From NCBI GenBank assembly GCA_050010755.1, contig JBEKKK010000001.1, forward strand, positions 1,056,001 through 1,120,000: DNA of 64,000 nucleotides, in the 5' to 3' direction. Numbering within the stretch: the first letter of the stretch is position 1; each line of letters starts with the position of its first letter. Shown piece by piece: positions 47,905 to 57,026 of the stretch. The notes beneath the pieces were generated by a model, which saw only the letters and a list, made by a program, of their open reading frames with translations, did not search any database and was not told the DNA's origin. The DNA is from Candidatus Bathyarchaeia archaeon. GTDB lineage: Archaea; Thermoproteota; Bathyarchaeia; Bathyarchaeales; Bathycorpusculaceae. Position numbers and translations under genes: made by a program.

Positions 47905-50070
47905 TCAAGCTTCATCCACGAACGTTTCAGGCCTGGGAATCTCCTTGGGTAGTCCTCTCGTCTCGCGAAGTTTCGTGATTAATTGGTCGGCGAGGTTTTC
48001 CGGAATCTTGCTCCAGTGGTCGAAGACGAATTGCCAAAAGGCGTAGCCCGAAGTTGCTGTGCGCATTTCTGCGGACAGGCCGAGGGTTTCTTCCACGGGG
48101 ATGTAGCCGGTGATCGTCGCTACCAAGCCTTTCTGCTCTGTTCTGAGTATTTTTCCTCGCCTGCGGGATATTATGTTGGTGCATGTGCCGAACCATTGCG
48201 GTTGGACGGTGACTTCGATTTTGTATATCGGCTCCAGGAGGACTGGTTTCGCTGTGAGAAATGAGCCTAGGATTGCACGGCTCACGGCCCGTGTTATCTG
48301 GTCAGGTTCGCGCAGGCTCGGGTCGGGGTCGAGCTCCGTTTTCATCAGCCTGGCCTGCACTTCTCTGAGGGGTTGCTCGCACAAGGCTCCGCTTCTGCAG
48401 GCCCAGTTGAACCCGGCTATGATGCTGGCCTTAGCTTCTTCTAAGTGCTGAGCGCCTGGACTCGAGTTTATGAGCTCGTTTCTGTTCTCGTCGGTTGCCC
48501 AGACGTGATTCGATTCTTCCGCTTCCTGGCTCACAGCTTGTTCTTCCTTTTTCTGCTTCGAGAGTCTGCTTTCTGCGGGTTGCACTTGTATCCAGAAGTT
48601 GTTGCGTTTGTTGGGGCTTTTGGCCATTACGGTTCTGCCTTGTTTTGTTACTGTTTCTCTGTAGGCTGGGATGGGGCTGGAGGTTGTGAGTTCCGCGTCG
48701 CCGATGATTTGTTTCAGGGAGTTCATGGCGATTTCTAGATGAAGTTCTCCTATGCCGCTGATGAGGTATTGGCCGGTTTCTTTGTCGATTGTTGTTGTTA
48801 GGTTTGGATCTTCTATCAAGAGTTTGTTCATGGCTTCTATGACTCTTGGCAGGTCGGAGGGTTTTTTCGGTTCGACGCTGATGGTCATTACGGGTTCTGC
48901 CGCGTATTTTACGTGTTCGAATGGAACCATGGCCTCTTTTTGTTTGTTATCGACGAGGGTGTTTCCTGCCCTTGCCATATCGATGCCTGATAAGGCGGCG
49001 ATGTTGCCCGATGTGATGCTGTTGATGGGCTCTCTGAAGGCGCCCATGTACATCATGACCTGCTGGACTCGGTACGTCTTGTTTTCTTCTACCAAGTGGA
49101 CTTCGTCTCCCTGCTTTATCGAGCCTGAGAAGAGTCTTCCAGTTGCCACTAGGCCTGTTCCTGGGATGGTTTGTGCCATGGTTATGCACATGGTCGCTGG
49201 CCCTTTGTCGTCGCAGTTTAGCATGGCTTGGCCGATTTCAGAGTCGGTTTTACCCTTCCAGATTTTTGGGATTCGGTATTTTTGGCTTTCAACTGGGCTT
49301 GGAAGGTTCTTGACAATCTTGTCCAGAATGGCTGTGTGGAGCGGAGTCAGTCTCGAGAGTTGTTGATGTTTGATTCTTCCATGTGCGTCCAAGATGTCGC
49401 TGCCGCCGAGTTTTATGCCTTTTTCGTTGGCTGTTCTGAGGGTGAATCCCCATTTGTGGAGGGCCGAGCCAAAGACGACGCTTCCCTCAGCAGGGTCTAC
49501 TTTCCATTTTTTGAATTCTGGCTCCGCATAGTTCTCTATCAGATTGTTGAAGTCGGCGGTTATGCGGTTGAGCTTTTTCTGAATTTCCGCAGGGGTTAAT
49601 TTCATTTCTTCTATGAGTCGATCCAGCTTATTTATGAAGAGAACTGGCTTCACCCGCTCTTCGAGAGCTTGGCGTGTGACGGTCTCTGTTTGGGCCATGA
49701 CTTCTTCCACGGCGTCAATGACCACGACCGCGCCGTCTATCGCCCTTAAGGCTCTTGTGACCTTGCCCGTGAAGTCCACGTGGCCCGGAGTGTCAACGAG
49801 GTTGATTACGTAGGAGCGACCGTCCATAACGTGTAGTAGGGAAATGTTTGCAGTTTTAATCGTGATTCCGCGTCTCTGCTCTTCTTCCAGATAATCAAGA
49901 GCTCTGGCAGAGCCCGCCACTTGCCGCGGAAGCAACCCAGCCTCATAGAGCAGCGAATCGGTCATCGTGGTCTTGCCGTGGTCGATGTGGGCGATTATGC
50001 CCACGTTGCGTATAGCCTCTTTTCTGCCCATCAGCCTTAGAATTTCCTGGGTTTGCTTGAACCTAGGCAT
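47905..50070 (-). CDS. Elongation factor 2 paralogue lacking the diphthamide histidine
   Basis: AHIDHGKTT, RGITI, DTPGHVDF, NKLD, GIGELHLEI, LLEPIY; domain IV loop reads DPDPSLREPDQI instead of the canonical H-R-G-P-A-Q. Confidence 0.88.
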   Translation of the reverse strand: MPRFKQTQEILRLMGRKEAIRNVGIIAHIDHGKTTMTDSLLYEAGLLPRQVAGSARALDYLEEEQRRGITIKTANISLLHVMDGRSYVINLVDTPGHVDFTGKVTRALRAIDGAVVVIDAVEEVMAQTETVTRQALEERVKPVLFINKLDRLIEEMKLTPAEIQKKLNRITADFNNLIENYAEPEFKKWKVDPAEGSVVFGSALHKWGFTLRTANEKGIKLGGSDILDAHGRIKHQQLSRLTPLHTAILDKIVKNLPSPVESQKYRIPKIWKGKTDSEIGQAMLNCDDKGPATMCITMAQTIPGTGLVATGRLFSGSIKQGDEVHLVEENKTYRVQQVMMYMGAFREPINSITSGNIAALSGIDMARAGNTLVDNKQKEAMVPFEHVKYAAEPVMTISVEPKKPSDLPRVIEAMNKLLIEDPNLTTTIDKETGQYLISGIGELHLEIAMNSLKQIIGDAELTTSSPIPAYRETVTKQGRTVMAKSPNKRNNFWIQVQPAESRLSKQKKEEQAVSQEAEESNHVWATDENRNELINSSPGAQHLEEAKASIIAGFNWACRSGALCEQPLREVQARLMKTELDPDPSLREPDQITRAVSRAILGSFLTAKPVLLEPIYKIEVTVQPQWFGTCTNIISRRRGKILRTEQKGLVATITGYIPVEETLGLSAEMRTATSGYAFWQFVFDHWSKIPENLADQLITKLRETRGLPKEIPRPETFVDEA

Positions 50071-50291
50071 AGAAGTCTTTCCTTCACAACTCGTTTTTCC
50101 TATACGCCCTCCTGCATTTAAGCTTCCACAACTAGCATGAAATCAAAAACAAGGCATGGGTTAAACGTGAACAGGTGTTCCTCAGTGCCGAGTTGAGACT
50201 CGCAGTGATATCCTAAGTCTGTTGAGAACGAGGGCGATGCGGCTAGCTTTTATCGGCTCGGCCGGAAATAGAGAGATGGAAGTTTCAAACT

Positions 50292-51050
50292 TTGAAGAAA
50301 GCGTCCAGTGTGCCGATTGAAAAGCTTGTGGAAGACGCTGCGTATGCACAGGTTCTGTGTTATCCCAAATGTAAAGAAGGGGAATTGAGAAGGCGGGTTG
50401 GGGAGCTTCGAACTCTTGGAGTTACGGCTTTGGAGTTTGGCGGGCGCAAGCGGGTTTCTAACGTGAGCGTTCTGGGCAAGGGATGTGTGGGTATCGTTCT
50501 GGTTGCTCGTGTCAACGAGGAGAAGGTGGCACTGAAGGTTCGAAGGTTGGATGCGGATCGGTCTGTGATGCGGCATGAAGCGGAGATGTTGGAGAAGGCT
50601 AATTCCGTCGAGGTTGGGCCGAAGCTGTTGGGGTTTACTGGCAACATGGTTCTGATGGAGTTTGTGGACGGCTTTTTGCTTCCCGAATGGCTTGGGAAAC
50701 GTGTCGGAAAGCGGATTGTCAAAGAGGTCCTGCGCAAGGTACTTGAGCAGTGCTGGCGTTTGGATAGTGTAAGCTTGGATCATGGGGAATTGAGTCATGC
50801 GCCAAAACACATAATCGTTGACAGGTCGAATAGGCCGTTCATCGTTGACTTTGAAACGGCGAGCGTGAACCGGAGGCCGGCCAACGTTACCTCAATCTGT
50901 CAGTTCTTATTCATCACTGACATCGCAGAAGAAGTTGCTGGAAAGATCGGCGAGATAGACAAGAAGGCTATAATTGAGGCGTTGAGGGTTTACAAGAGGT
51001 GCGGCGGCCGTGAAAGTTTTGATGCAGTCTTGAAGGCTTGTGGTCTCTAG
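50292..51050 (+). CDS. RIO/Bud32-like Ser/Thr protein kinase
   Basis: LGKGCVGIV glycine loop, VALK, HEAEML, MEFVDG, HGELS, IVDFETAS. Confidence 0.85.
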   Translation: MKKASSVPIEKLVEDAAYAQVLCYPKCKEGELRRRVGELRTLGVTALEFGGRKRVSNVSVLGKGCVGIVLVARVNEEKVALKVRRLDADRSVMRHEAEMLEKANSVEVGPKLLGFTGNMVLMEFVDGFLLPEWLGKRVGKRIVKEVLRKVLEQCWRLDSVSLDHGELSHAPKHIIVDRSNRPFIVDFETASVNRRPANVTSICQFLFITDIAEEVAGKIGEIDKKAIIEALRVYKRCGGRESFDAVLKACGL

Positions 51051-51226
51051 ACAATGTAGCTTGTTGCTTTGTAGTGGCTTTGGTTCTTCTCGTCGTTTTC
51101 TTTTATTTCTTTCAGGACCTGCGTCAGGTCGAGCCAAGTTTCTACTTTAAGTTGTCTCTGAACCCTTTCTTTGTCGATAAGCAAGGGAACGCTGTCAACG
51201 AACAGCCAACAGCACGTTTCGGACAC
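51047..51226 (-). CDS. Small hypothetical protein (59 aa, below the ORF-track cutoff)
   Basis: GTG start after a ggggtggag...gggag purine tract; MSETCCWLFVDSVPLLIDKERVQRQLKVETWLDLTQVLKEIKENDEKNQSHYKATSYIV*; stop overlaps the kinase stop. Confidence 0.5.
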   Translation of the reverse strand: MSETCCWLFVDSVPLLIDKERVQRQLKVETWLDLTQVLKEIKENDEKNQSHYKATSYIV

Positions 51227-51445
51227 GATTCTCCCGTCTCCACCCCGAAAAAACCGTTGCTTTTCTTATAACTGTACATGTAAAAACAAAATAGAAAAGA
51301 AATCTAGAAGATTCTTTCATCTCATAGGCGCTTAGGGCATCGAAGCCTGATTTTTGAGGTGAATGGTTGGTTCATCGACATTTCAGCGGTTAGGGGTGGA
51401 AAGGTTTAAAAAAAGTCTCGTAGCCTACTTGGTTTATTCTAGTGG

Positions 51446-52888
51446 GTGATGTTTGTGACCATTGAAAGAGAGGAAATGCAGGAAATTGTTAAGAGTTATA
51501 AGGAACCGATCGGCCTGAACTTGGGTTCTCATTCTGCCCTTGACGCTTGGCAGGGACAGCGCAACTATGGTTTGAGGAGCATTATTTACACGACGCCGAG
51601 CAGGGCGAGAATTTACCTTCAAAACCCGATGGTGGGCAAGCCTGAAGAGGTTGTGGAGGATTTGCCGGGGCTGGTGAAGCGTGATCTGCGCGTTGTCAAT
51701 GATGTGAAGGATATTAAGAAGAATGGCGATTGGAGAACGGCTATTCTGATTGTTGACAAGTATTCTGACATTGTCAAGTACGTTGATGAGCTTGTCGACC
51801 TGGAGTGTATGCAGATTACGAACAGGGCTTTCGCGGTTTATGTTGGCGGAGACGAGCATTGCAGCGTGATAGAGAACGAGTATGCAGTTCCGATTCTGGG
51901 TTCGCGGAATCTCTTGAAGATTGAGAACAGGGGTGAGGTTGAGAGGGATTATTACTGGTTTGCGGAGAAGGCCAGCATTCCTTCGCCGAGGTCTTACGAG
52001 TACAGGGTGACGAAGAGGGGGATAAAGTTCAAGAGAGCGGTGAACGAGCCGATGATTCTGAAGGCCGAGCACGCTCACAGGGCTTTTGAGCGAGAGTTCA
52101 TATTTGCCGCGGATTCTGTGGACTTGGAGGGAAAGGTTGAGAGAGAGGTCAGGGCTGGAAACCTGAGTAAGGAGGCTCTTGAGAACGGCCGGGTTGAACA
52201 GATAGTCCTTGGGCCTCATGCGAACTTTAACTTCTTCTTCTCGCCGCTGGACGCGAAGAGCGAGTGGGGAGACGCTGACAACTGGTTCTCAAAGCTGTAC
52301 AACGTTAACATGGAAGAGGCAAGGATCTGCCTGGCCAATCAGTTCCTGTCGATCGATGAAAGAAGAGAGACGATTCTGGACGGAATAAAGAGGCTTCCAA
52401 TAGACGTTCAACGAAAGATAAAGAAGGTTCCATCGTTCGAGGTCACGGCGCACGCGATACTGAGCCTGAGAGAATCGCTCTTGAAAGATGTTCACCGGTA
52501 CGCCGACCGCTTCATGCTCGCCTGCCGAGAGTACTCGCCCCCGGGAATAATCGGTGCGTGGTGTCTGCAAACGCTCATCACTTGGGATCGCGTTTCCAAG
52601 TACGAACTGAAACCAGCGGTCAAACTTGACTACACAGGCGGCACCGAGGCGAAGTCTGCAGTGGACTACGGACTGTACGACGTGCCGGATACGCGAGATC
52701 CCTTCATGCATATCCCGGTGACGCAGGACGTTGCGCTGAGGCACGGAGGAGGCACGAACGTTCACATGGGCCTGGGCTCACAGTATGCAAACGCAAAATA
52801 CAAGAAACGGCTGAGCACGGGTGATCGAATAGCCCTGGAAATGAAAAGAGCATTAGAGGCAGATCAACTGCACGAACTCGTAACGTAG
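51446..52888 (+). CDS. purP: PurP-like ATP-grasp protein (IMP biosynthesis, DUF1246/DUF1297)
   Basis: GSHSAL, NRAFAVYVG, ANFNFFFSPL, SLRESLL, PPGIIGAWCLQ, RHGGGTN, GDRIALE; near purC and purE. Confidence 0.8.
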   Translation: MMFVTIEREEMQEIVKSYKEPIGLNLGSHSALDAWQGQRNYGLRSIIYTTPSRARIYLQNPMVGKPEEVVEDLPGLVKRDLRVVNDVKDIKKNGDWRTAILIVDKYSDIVKYVDELVDLECMQITNRAFAVYVGGDEHCSVIENEYAVPILGSRNLLKIENRGEVERDYYWFAEKASIPSPRSYEYRVTKRGIKFKRAVNEPMILKAEHAHRAFEREFIFAADSVDLEGKVEREVRAGNLSKEALENGRVEQIVLGPHANFNFFFSPLDAKSEWGDADNWFSKLYNVNMEEARICLANQFLSIDERRETILDGIKRLPIDVQRKIKKVPSFEVTAHAILSLRESLLKDVHRYADRFMLACREYSPPGIIGAWCLQTLITWDRVSKYELKPAVKLDYTGGTEAKSAVDYGLYDVPDTRDPFMHIPVTQDVALRHGGGTNVHMGLGSQYANAKYKKRLSTGDRIALEMKRALEADQLHELVT

Positions 52889-52921
52889 GCACTTGAAAGC
52901 GATCATTTCTGACGCTGCCAG

Positions 52922-53134
52922 CTAAGGGCAGCTTGCGGCCTCTGCCTGGGTAATCGTCAGCTTCGCCGTTTGATCCTCTTCTCCCGCGTCCAGTCGAACT
53001 TGCAAGAGAAGCCATTCAGTGAGTTTTTCGCAAGTGCTGGGGTCACAGTGCAGATGGCTCTCCATTACAGGATCTGTAAACAGACACTTGAAACAGGGGA
53101 TCTCGATAAGAATGTCTATGGCTTTCATGGTCAT
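52922..53134 (-). CDS. Small Cys-rich metal-binding protein
   Basis: EIPCFKC...HCDPSTCEKLTEWLL, four Cys. Confidence 0.65.
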   Translation of the reverse strand: MTMKAIDILIEIPCFKCLFTDPVMESHLHCDPSTCEKLTEWLLLQVRLDAGEEDQTAKLTITQAEAASCP

Positions 53135-53313
53135 CTTCGGATAGAGAAACTGCATGTTTAAGATATGATTTATGAATGCTGGGAATGGACCGGGTGTAAT
53201 GATTGTTATTTCTGATTCAGAATATCAGATTGACGGCGTTTTTCTGGGACTCTGGTCCTCGGGTTGTTCCGTATGTGAAGTTGAGGAGAGTTTAAGGAGC
53301 TGTTGGGATGGTT

Positions 53314-54360
53314 CTAGTTCCTGTATTGTTTGACTATTTCGGCGAGGGTTGGAGCTTCGAATATTTTTGTTTCGGTCAGTTCGTTTGCGACGGCCATGTA
53401 CATGTCGCTGATTGTCCGTTTCAGTGTTGGGTCAAGTTTGGGTGGTTGGGATTTGCAGAGTTTCTTCCAGTCTTTGACTCCTTCTGTTTCTGCCCTTTTC
53501 TTTGCGTCTTCAACGTCGTTGTACCAGTCCGTTTTGCGGTAGAATTGTCTGGCGATTTCTTTGCTGACTTGTAGTCCTTCGTATGTGAATCTGGACTCGT
53601 CGAGTGTTCCTACGACGTCAACGACCATGAGTCTTCTCTGTGGGTCAAAGGCTAGCTCTATTTTTCCGTCCTCGTTTTCCAGGTCGGCTTTCAGCGCCAT
53701 CTGCGTTATTGCCTTGTTGACCTTGAAGAGCAGGGCCTCGATGTCTTCAACCTCTTCGTCCGTCAAGCCTGCGAGTTCTCTCGCCTCGTCCCAGGTCAGG
53801 TACCTGTCCGATTCTTCCAGCTTCGTGCTCACGTCGAAGATAGGCTTGGCGAGTCTCTCCCCCGGTCTGGGATAATGATCTAGACCCAGCGTTTCAATCG
53901 TGATCACGCCCTCTTCCAGCCGTTTGAAGACGGAGCTGCCTTCCGGCAGACCGTTTCTGTAAATAATTTCGAGCGGTATCAGGAAGTTCGTCAGGTTGGG
54001 CGTGTACATGCGATAGTCGTACTGGAGTTTTCCGTCCTTCATAACGGTGGGAGGTCTGAAAACGTTGACCAGGTCAATTTCCATAACCCGCGTCGGCTGC
54101 GTCGCTTCTTCAACTTTGACGGTTTTGCCGTTCTTGTCGATCAGGCCCCTGTAATGAGTTTTTATGCCTCTCTCCTGAAGCTTCTCGAAGCAGTAGGCTC
54201 CCATCATGCACAGTGCGGTGCCCTTGTTTTCGATTTGATCTGGCATTTCTCCCCAGTCAAAGACTGAGTATCTGTCTGAAAAGTGGAATCTGCCGACGCC
54301 CATGGCGTTTTTCGTCGGCTTCTTGACTACCTCGAGGTCTTTCACGCTGCCCATGATCAA
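53314..54360 (-). CDS. purC: SAICAR synthase
   Basis: GSVKDL, FSDRYSVFDWG, IPLEIIYRN, STKLE, DGKIE, VDVVGTLDESRF, SKEIARQFY. Confidence 0.92.
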   Translation of the reverse strand: MIMGSVKDLEVVKKPTKNAMGVGRFHFSDRYSVFDWGEMPDQIENKGTALCMMGAYCFEKLQERGIKTHYRGLIDKNGKTVKVEEATQPTRVMEIDLVNVFRPPTVMKDGKLQYDYRMYTPNLTNFLIPLEIIYRNGLPEGSSVFKRLEEGVITIETLGLDHYPRPGERLAKPIFDVSTKLEESDRYLTWDEARELAGLTDEEVEDIEALLFKVNKAITQMALKADLENEDGKIELAFDPQRRLMVVDVVGTLDESRFTYEGLQVSKEIARQFYRKTDWYNDVEDAKKRAETEGVKDWKKLCKSQPPKLDPTLKRTISDMYMAVANELTETKIFEAPTLAEIVKQYRN

Positions 54361-54363
54361 GCA

Positions 54364-54843
54364 CTACTCCAACTTCTTGACAGATTCGTCGGCTTTCTCG
54401 ATCTCTCTCTTCTTCGCGTTCTGGTAAGCTCGGATCTTCTTTTCTAAAACGCGGTCTTCAATGGCGAGAATTTTGGCAGCGGCAACAGCAGCTCCTTCAG
54501 GCTCAATTGTCACGACCGAGCCGATCCCGCTGGGAACTCGAAGAGACGAGTAAATGTCCGTTCCACCGTACTTCTCAGAATAGGGCGGACACGCAATAAC
54601 CGGTTTTGAAGTGTTCGCATCGACAAAGGCGCTCAGAGCATTCGATCTGCCCGCGACAGTGATGAAAACAATTCTTTGCTGTTCAAACTCCTTGAGAATC
54701 TCCAAAACCTTCTCAGGGGTCTTGTGGGCAGAAGCGACTCTGAACTGGTATTCCAATCCCAGGGCTTTGAGATGCTTGGCTATTTCACGGCAAAACTCCA
54801 GATCCCGCTCTGATCCCATCAAAACCACAACTTTGCCAGCCAT
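54364..54843 (-). CDS. purE: AIR carboxylase / N5-CAIR mutase
   Basis: MGSERD, VASAHKTP, AGRSNAL, PVIACPP, SSLRVPSG. Confidence 0.92.
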   Translation of the reverse strand: MAGKVVVLMGSERDLEFCREIAKHLKALGLEYQFRVASAHKTPEKVLEILKEFEQQRIVFITVAGRSNALSAFVDANTSKPVIACPPYSEKYGGTDIYSSLRVPSGIGSVVTIEPEGAAVAAAKILAIEDRVLEKKIRAYQNAKKREIEKADESVKKLE

Positions 54844-55045
54844 GTCTCCTCCCAGCAATGGTTTTGCTAAAGGGTTTCACATCCTAATTAATCTTTAATC
54901 CTCTTTTTCCGCTGTCCCTTGCCAGTTTTTAACCCTGAAACCATTTTGAATTCACGTCTTTGAAAAACGATGACTCTTATATTGGGCAATCCAGAATATC
55001 TACGCTCAGGAAAAATTTAGAACATGTCACGCATTCCAAAAACTG

Positions 55046-56899
55046 TTGGAGGTCATAGTGCTGAAAGTAACTTGGTACTTTAAGCTGTTCAATAGCATAA
55101 AAGAAAAACATGAAATTTCATTCGCCCAGCTGGAATTGACGAGCCTGTTCGGGAATGTTGATCCAGTGAAGAATTTCTCAGACATTTTGGAAACTACGCC
55201 TTTCAGCCATTTTAGAAACGGAGACGTCAGAGTTCAAGATTTCTTTGCGCATGAGCTTCCCTACGGGGAATGTCATGGATTTCTTGCAAACACCGATGGA
55301 ATGCGCGACGTGTCGCATCTAGTTATGCGTTTGGCTTATACTCGGGAATTCTTTGCGGTCACAGAATCCAGTGATTCATCAGGTATTTTGGGGCAAGCAT
55401 TTTCTCAAGGAGTAGAAGGTAAGAACGTTGAACACTTTGCCAAAGATAATTATGTTTTGCTCAGGTTTATTACTAATCAGTACTTCCTTGAAAAATCTCA
55501 GTATATTTCTAAACTGAGCAGGAATGAGGAAGAGGCAAAAAACAATGCTGAATCTCTTCTTTCATTCCTAACAGGAAAACTCGACAGAATCCCTGCGACG
55601 GAGACTATGCAGATAGGAAAGAGGCTGGAGGATTACTTCTCAATCAGAGAGGAACCATCTTTGTACTTAACTCATTACATGCACCCGTATAAAGGCAAGT
55701 TTCATCCAAAGATGGTCAGAGCCTTTCTGAATTACGCCTTCCCCAAGTCCGTTGGGATGGTCATGGATAATTTTGCTGGTTGTGGAACTCTGTTAGTTGA
55801 AGCTACTTTGATGGGGCTTGACAGCACAGGAATTGACATCAATCCTCTCTCGGCGCTAATGTGCAATGTTAAGTGCGATTCGCTCTATATCCCTGTTGCC
55901 GAGTTGAGGAAGAACATGGACGGCTACCTACGTGACCTAAGCAGCAATCTTCTCAGCTATGAAAGTCAGTCTTCAGGTTCATCGTTACTTGTTCCTCCAA
56001 GTTATGAAAAAGAAACGGTCGAAAAAAGAAAGAACAGCCTTCCAGCCAAGCTCATTTCCGTCTTTAGCGAACCCAAGACTATAGATCACGTTATCGTCGC
56101 CCATGAACTAATAAAGAATGTGAAGAATGAAAAAATCCGCGACTTTCTTCTGCTAGCATTAAGTGGGGCAATCTCGGACCTTGCAAGAAGGCGTAAGGGG
56201 AAACTTCTTGATGTTTTACAAGACAGATTGAGAAATCTTTACCTGAGAATCTACATTTTCGACAAGCTGAACCAAGTAGTGAAAATAAAGTTGGGAAAAT
56301 CAAGAACGTATGCAGCTGATACGAGAGACATGACGATGGTGGAAAACGAAAGCATCGATGCCATAGTCAATTCTCCCCCGTATAGCACGGCATTGGATTA
56401 CATCAAAAATGATTATCCGCAGCTCATCTTGTTAGAATTGACAGACATTCCTCGACTGGAAACGAACATGATTGGCAACCCACGGTTCAAGATTTATTCG
56501 CAGTCTCTTCTTGACGAAATACGAACCAACAGTTCAGACTATGCACATCTGCCTGAAGCAGCAAAGGACATCGTATCCACCCTCATCAGGTATGGGAGGG
56601 CGAAGGAAGCCATGAGGACTTACAAATTCTTTAAAGACATGTATCTTGCCTTGAAGGAAATGCATCGGGTTCTCAAACGCGGTTCAAAGTGTGTGATTGT
56701 GATAGGTAACAACCACTACAAGCTTGATGGGAGCTATGCGGTTGTCAAAAATGATGATGTTCTGAAACAAATGGCTACGACGATTGGGTTTCAGGAAGAT
56801 AGGATCATCATTAGGGAGCTTGAAAAAAGTCAGGCTGGTATGATACGGTACGAATCAATTCTAATTCTGGAGAAACCACTTGTACCAGATGTGCCTTAG
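55046..56899 (+). CDS. DNA amino-methyltransferase (probably N4-cytosine) with a long N-terminal extension
   Basis: THYMHPYKGKFHPKM, motif I DNFAGCGT, GIDINPLS, motif IV NSPPY, EMHRVLK, IVIGNN. Confidence 0.85.
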   Translation: MEVIVLKVTWYFKLFNSIKEKHEISFAQLELTSLFGNVDPVKNFSDILETTPFSHFRNGDVRVQDFFAHELPYGECHGFLANTDGMRDVSHLVMRLAYTREFFAVTESSDSSGILGQAFSQGVEGKNVEHFAKDNYVLLRFITNQYFLEKSQYISKLSRNEEEAKNNAESLLSFLTGKLDRIPATETMQIGKRLEDYFSIREEPSLYLTHYMHPYKGKFHPKMVRAFLNYAFPKSVGMVMDNFAGCGTLLVEATLMGLDSTGIDINPLSALMCNVKCDSLYIPVAELRKNMDGYLRDLSSNLLSYESQSSGSSLLVPPSYEKETVEKRKNSLPAKLISVFSEPKTIDHVIVAHELIKNVKNEKIRDFLLLALSGAISDLARRRKGKLLDVLQDRLRNLYLRIYIFDKLNQVVKIKLGKSRTYAADTRDMTMVENESIDAIVNSPPYSTALDYIKNDYPQLILLELTDIPRLETNMIGNPRFKIYSQSLLDEIRTNSSDYAHLPEAAKDIVSTLIRYGRAKEAMRTYKFFKDMYLALKEMHRVLKRGSKCVIVIGNNHYKLDGSYAVVKNDDVLKQMATTIGFQEDRIIIRELEKSQAGMIRYESILILEKPLVPDVP

Positions 56900-57026
56900 T
56901 CAAACTGATTATCGTTCCTCTTCTTAGATTTACAAAATTTACCCCGACCTATCTTTATGTATTGATTTGGGGAGGGCAATGTCCTTTGCTTGGAACTTCT
57001 TGTTGGAAAAAACCCCATGATTGATG

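Noticed and set aside
48752-49366. 204-aa plus-strand ORF and neighbouring overlapping ORFs
   Set aside because: Antisense shadows of the EF-2 paralogue
51434-52219. 261-aa minus-strand ORF
   Set aside because: Antisense shadow of the purP-like gene, with no motifs
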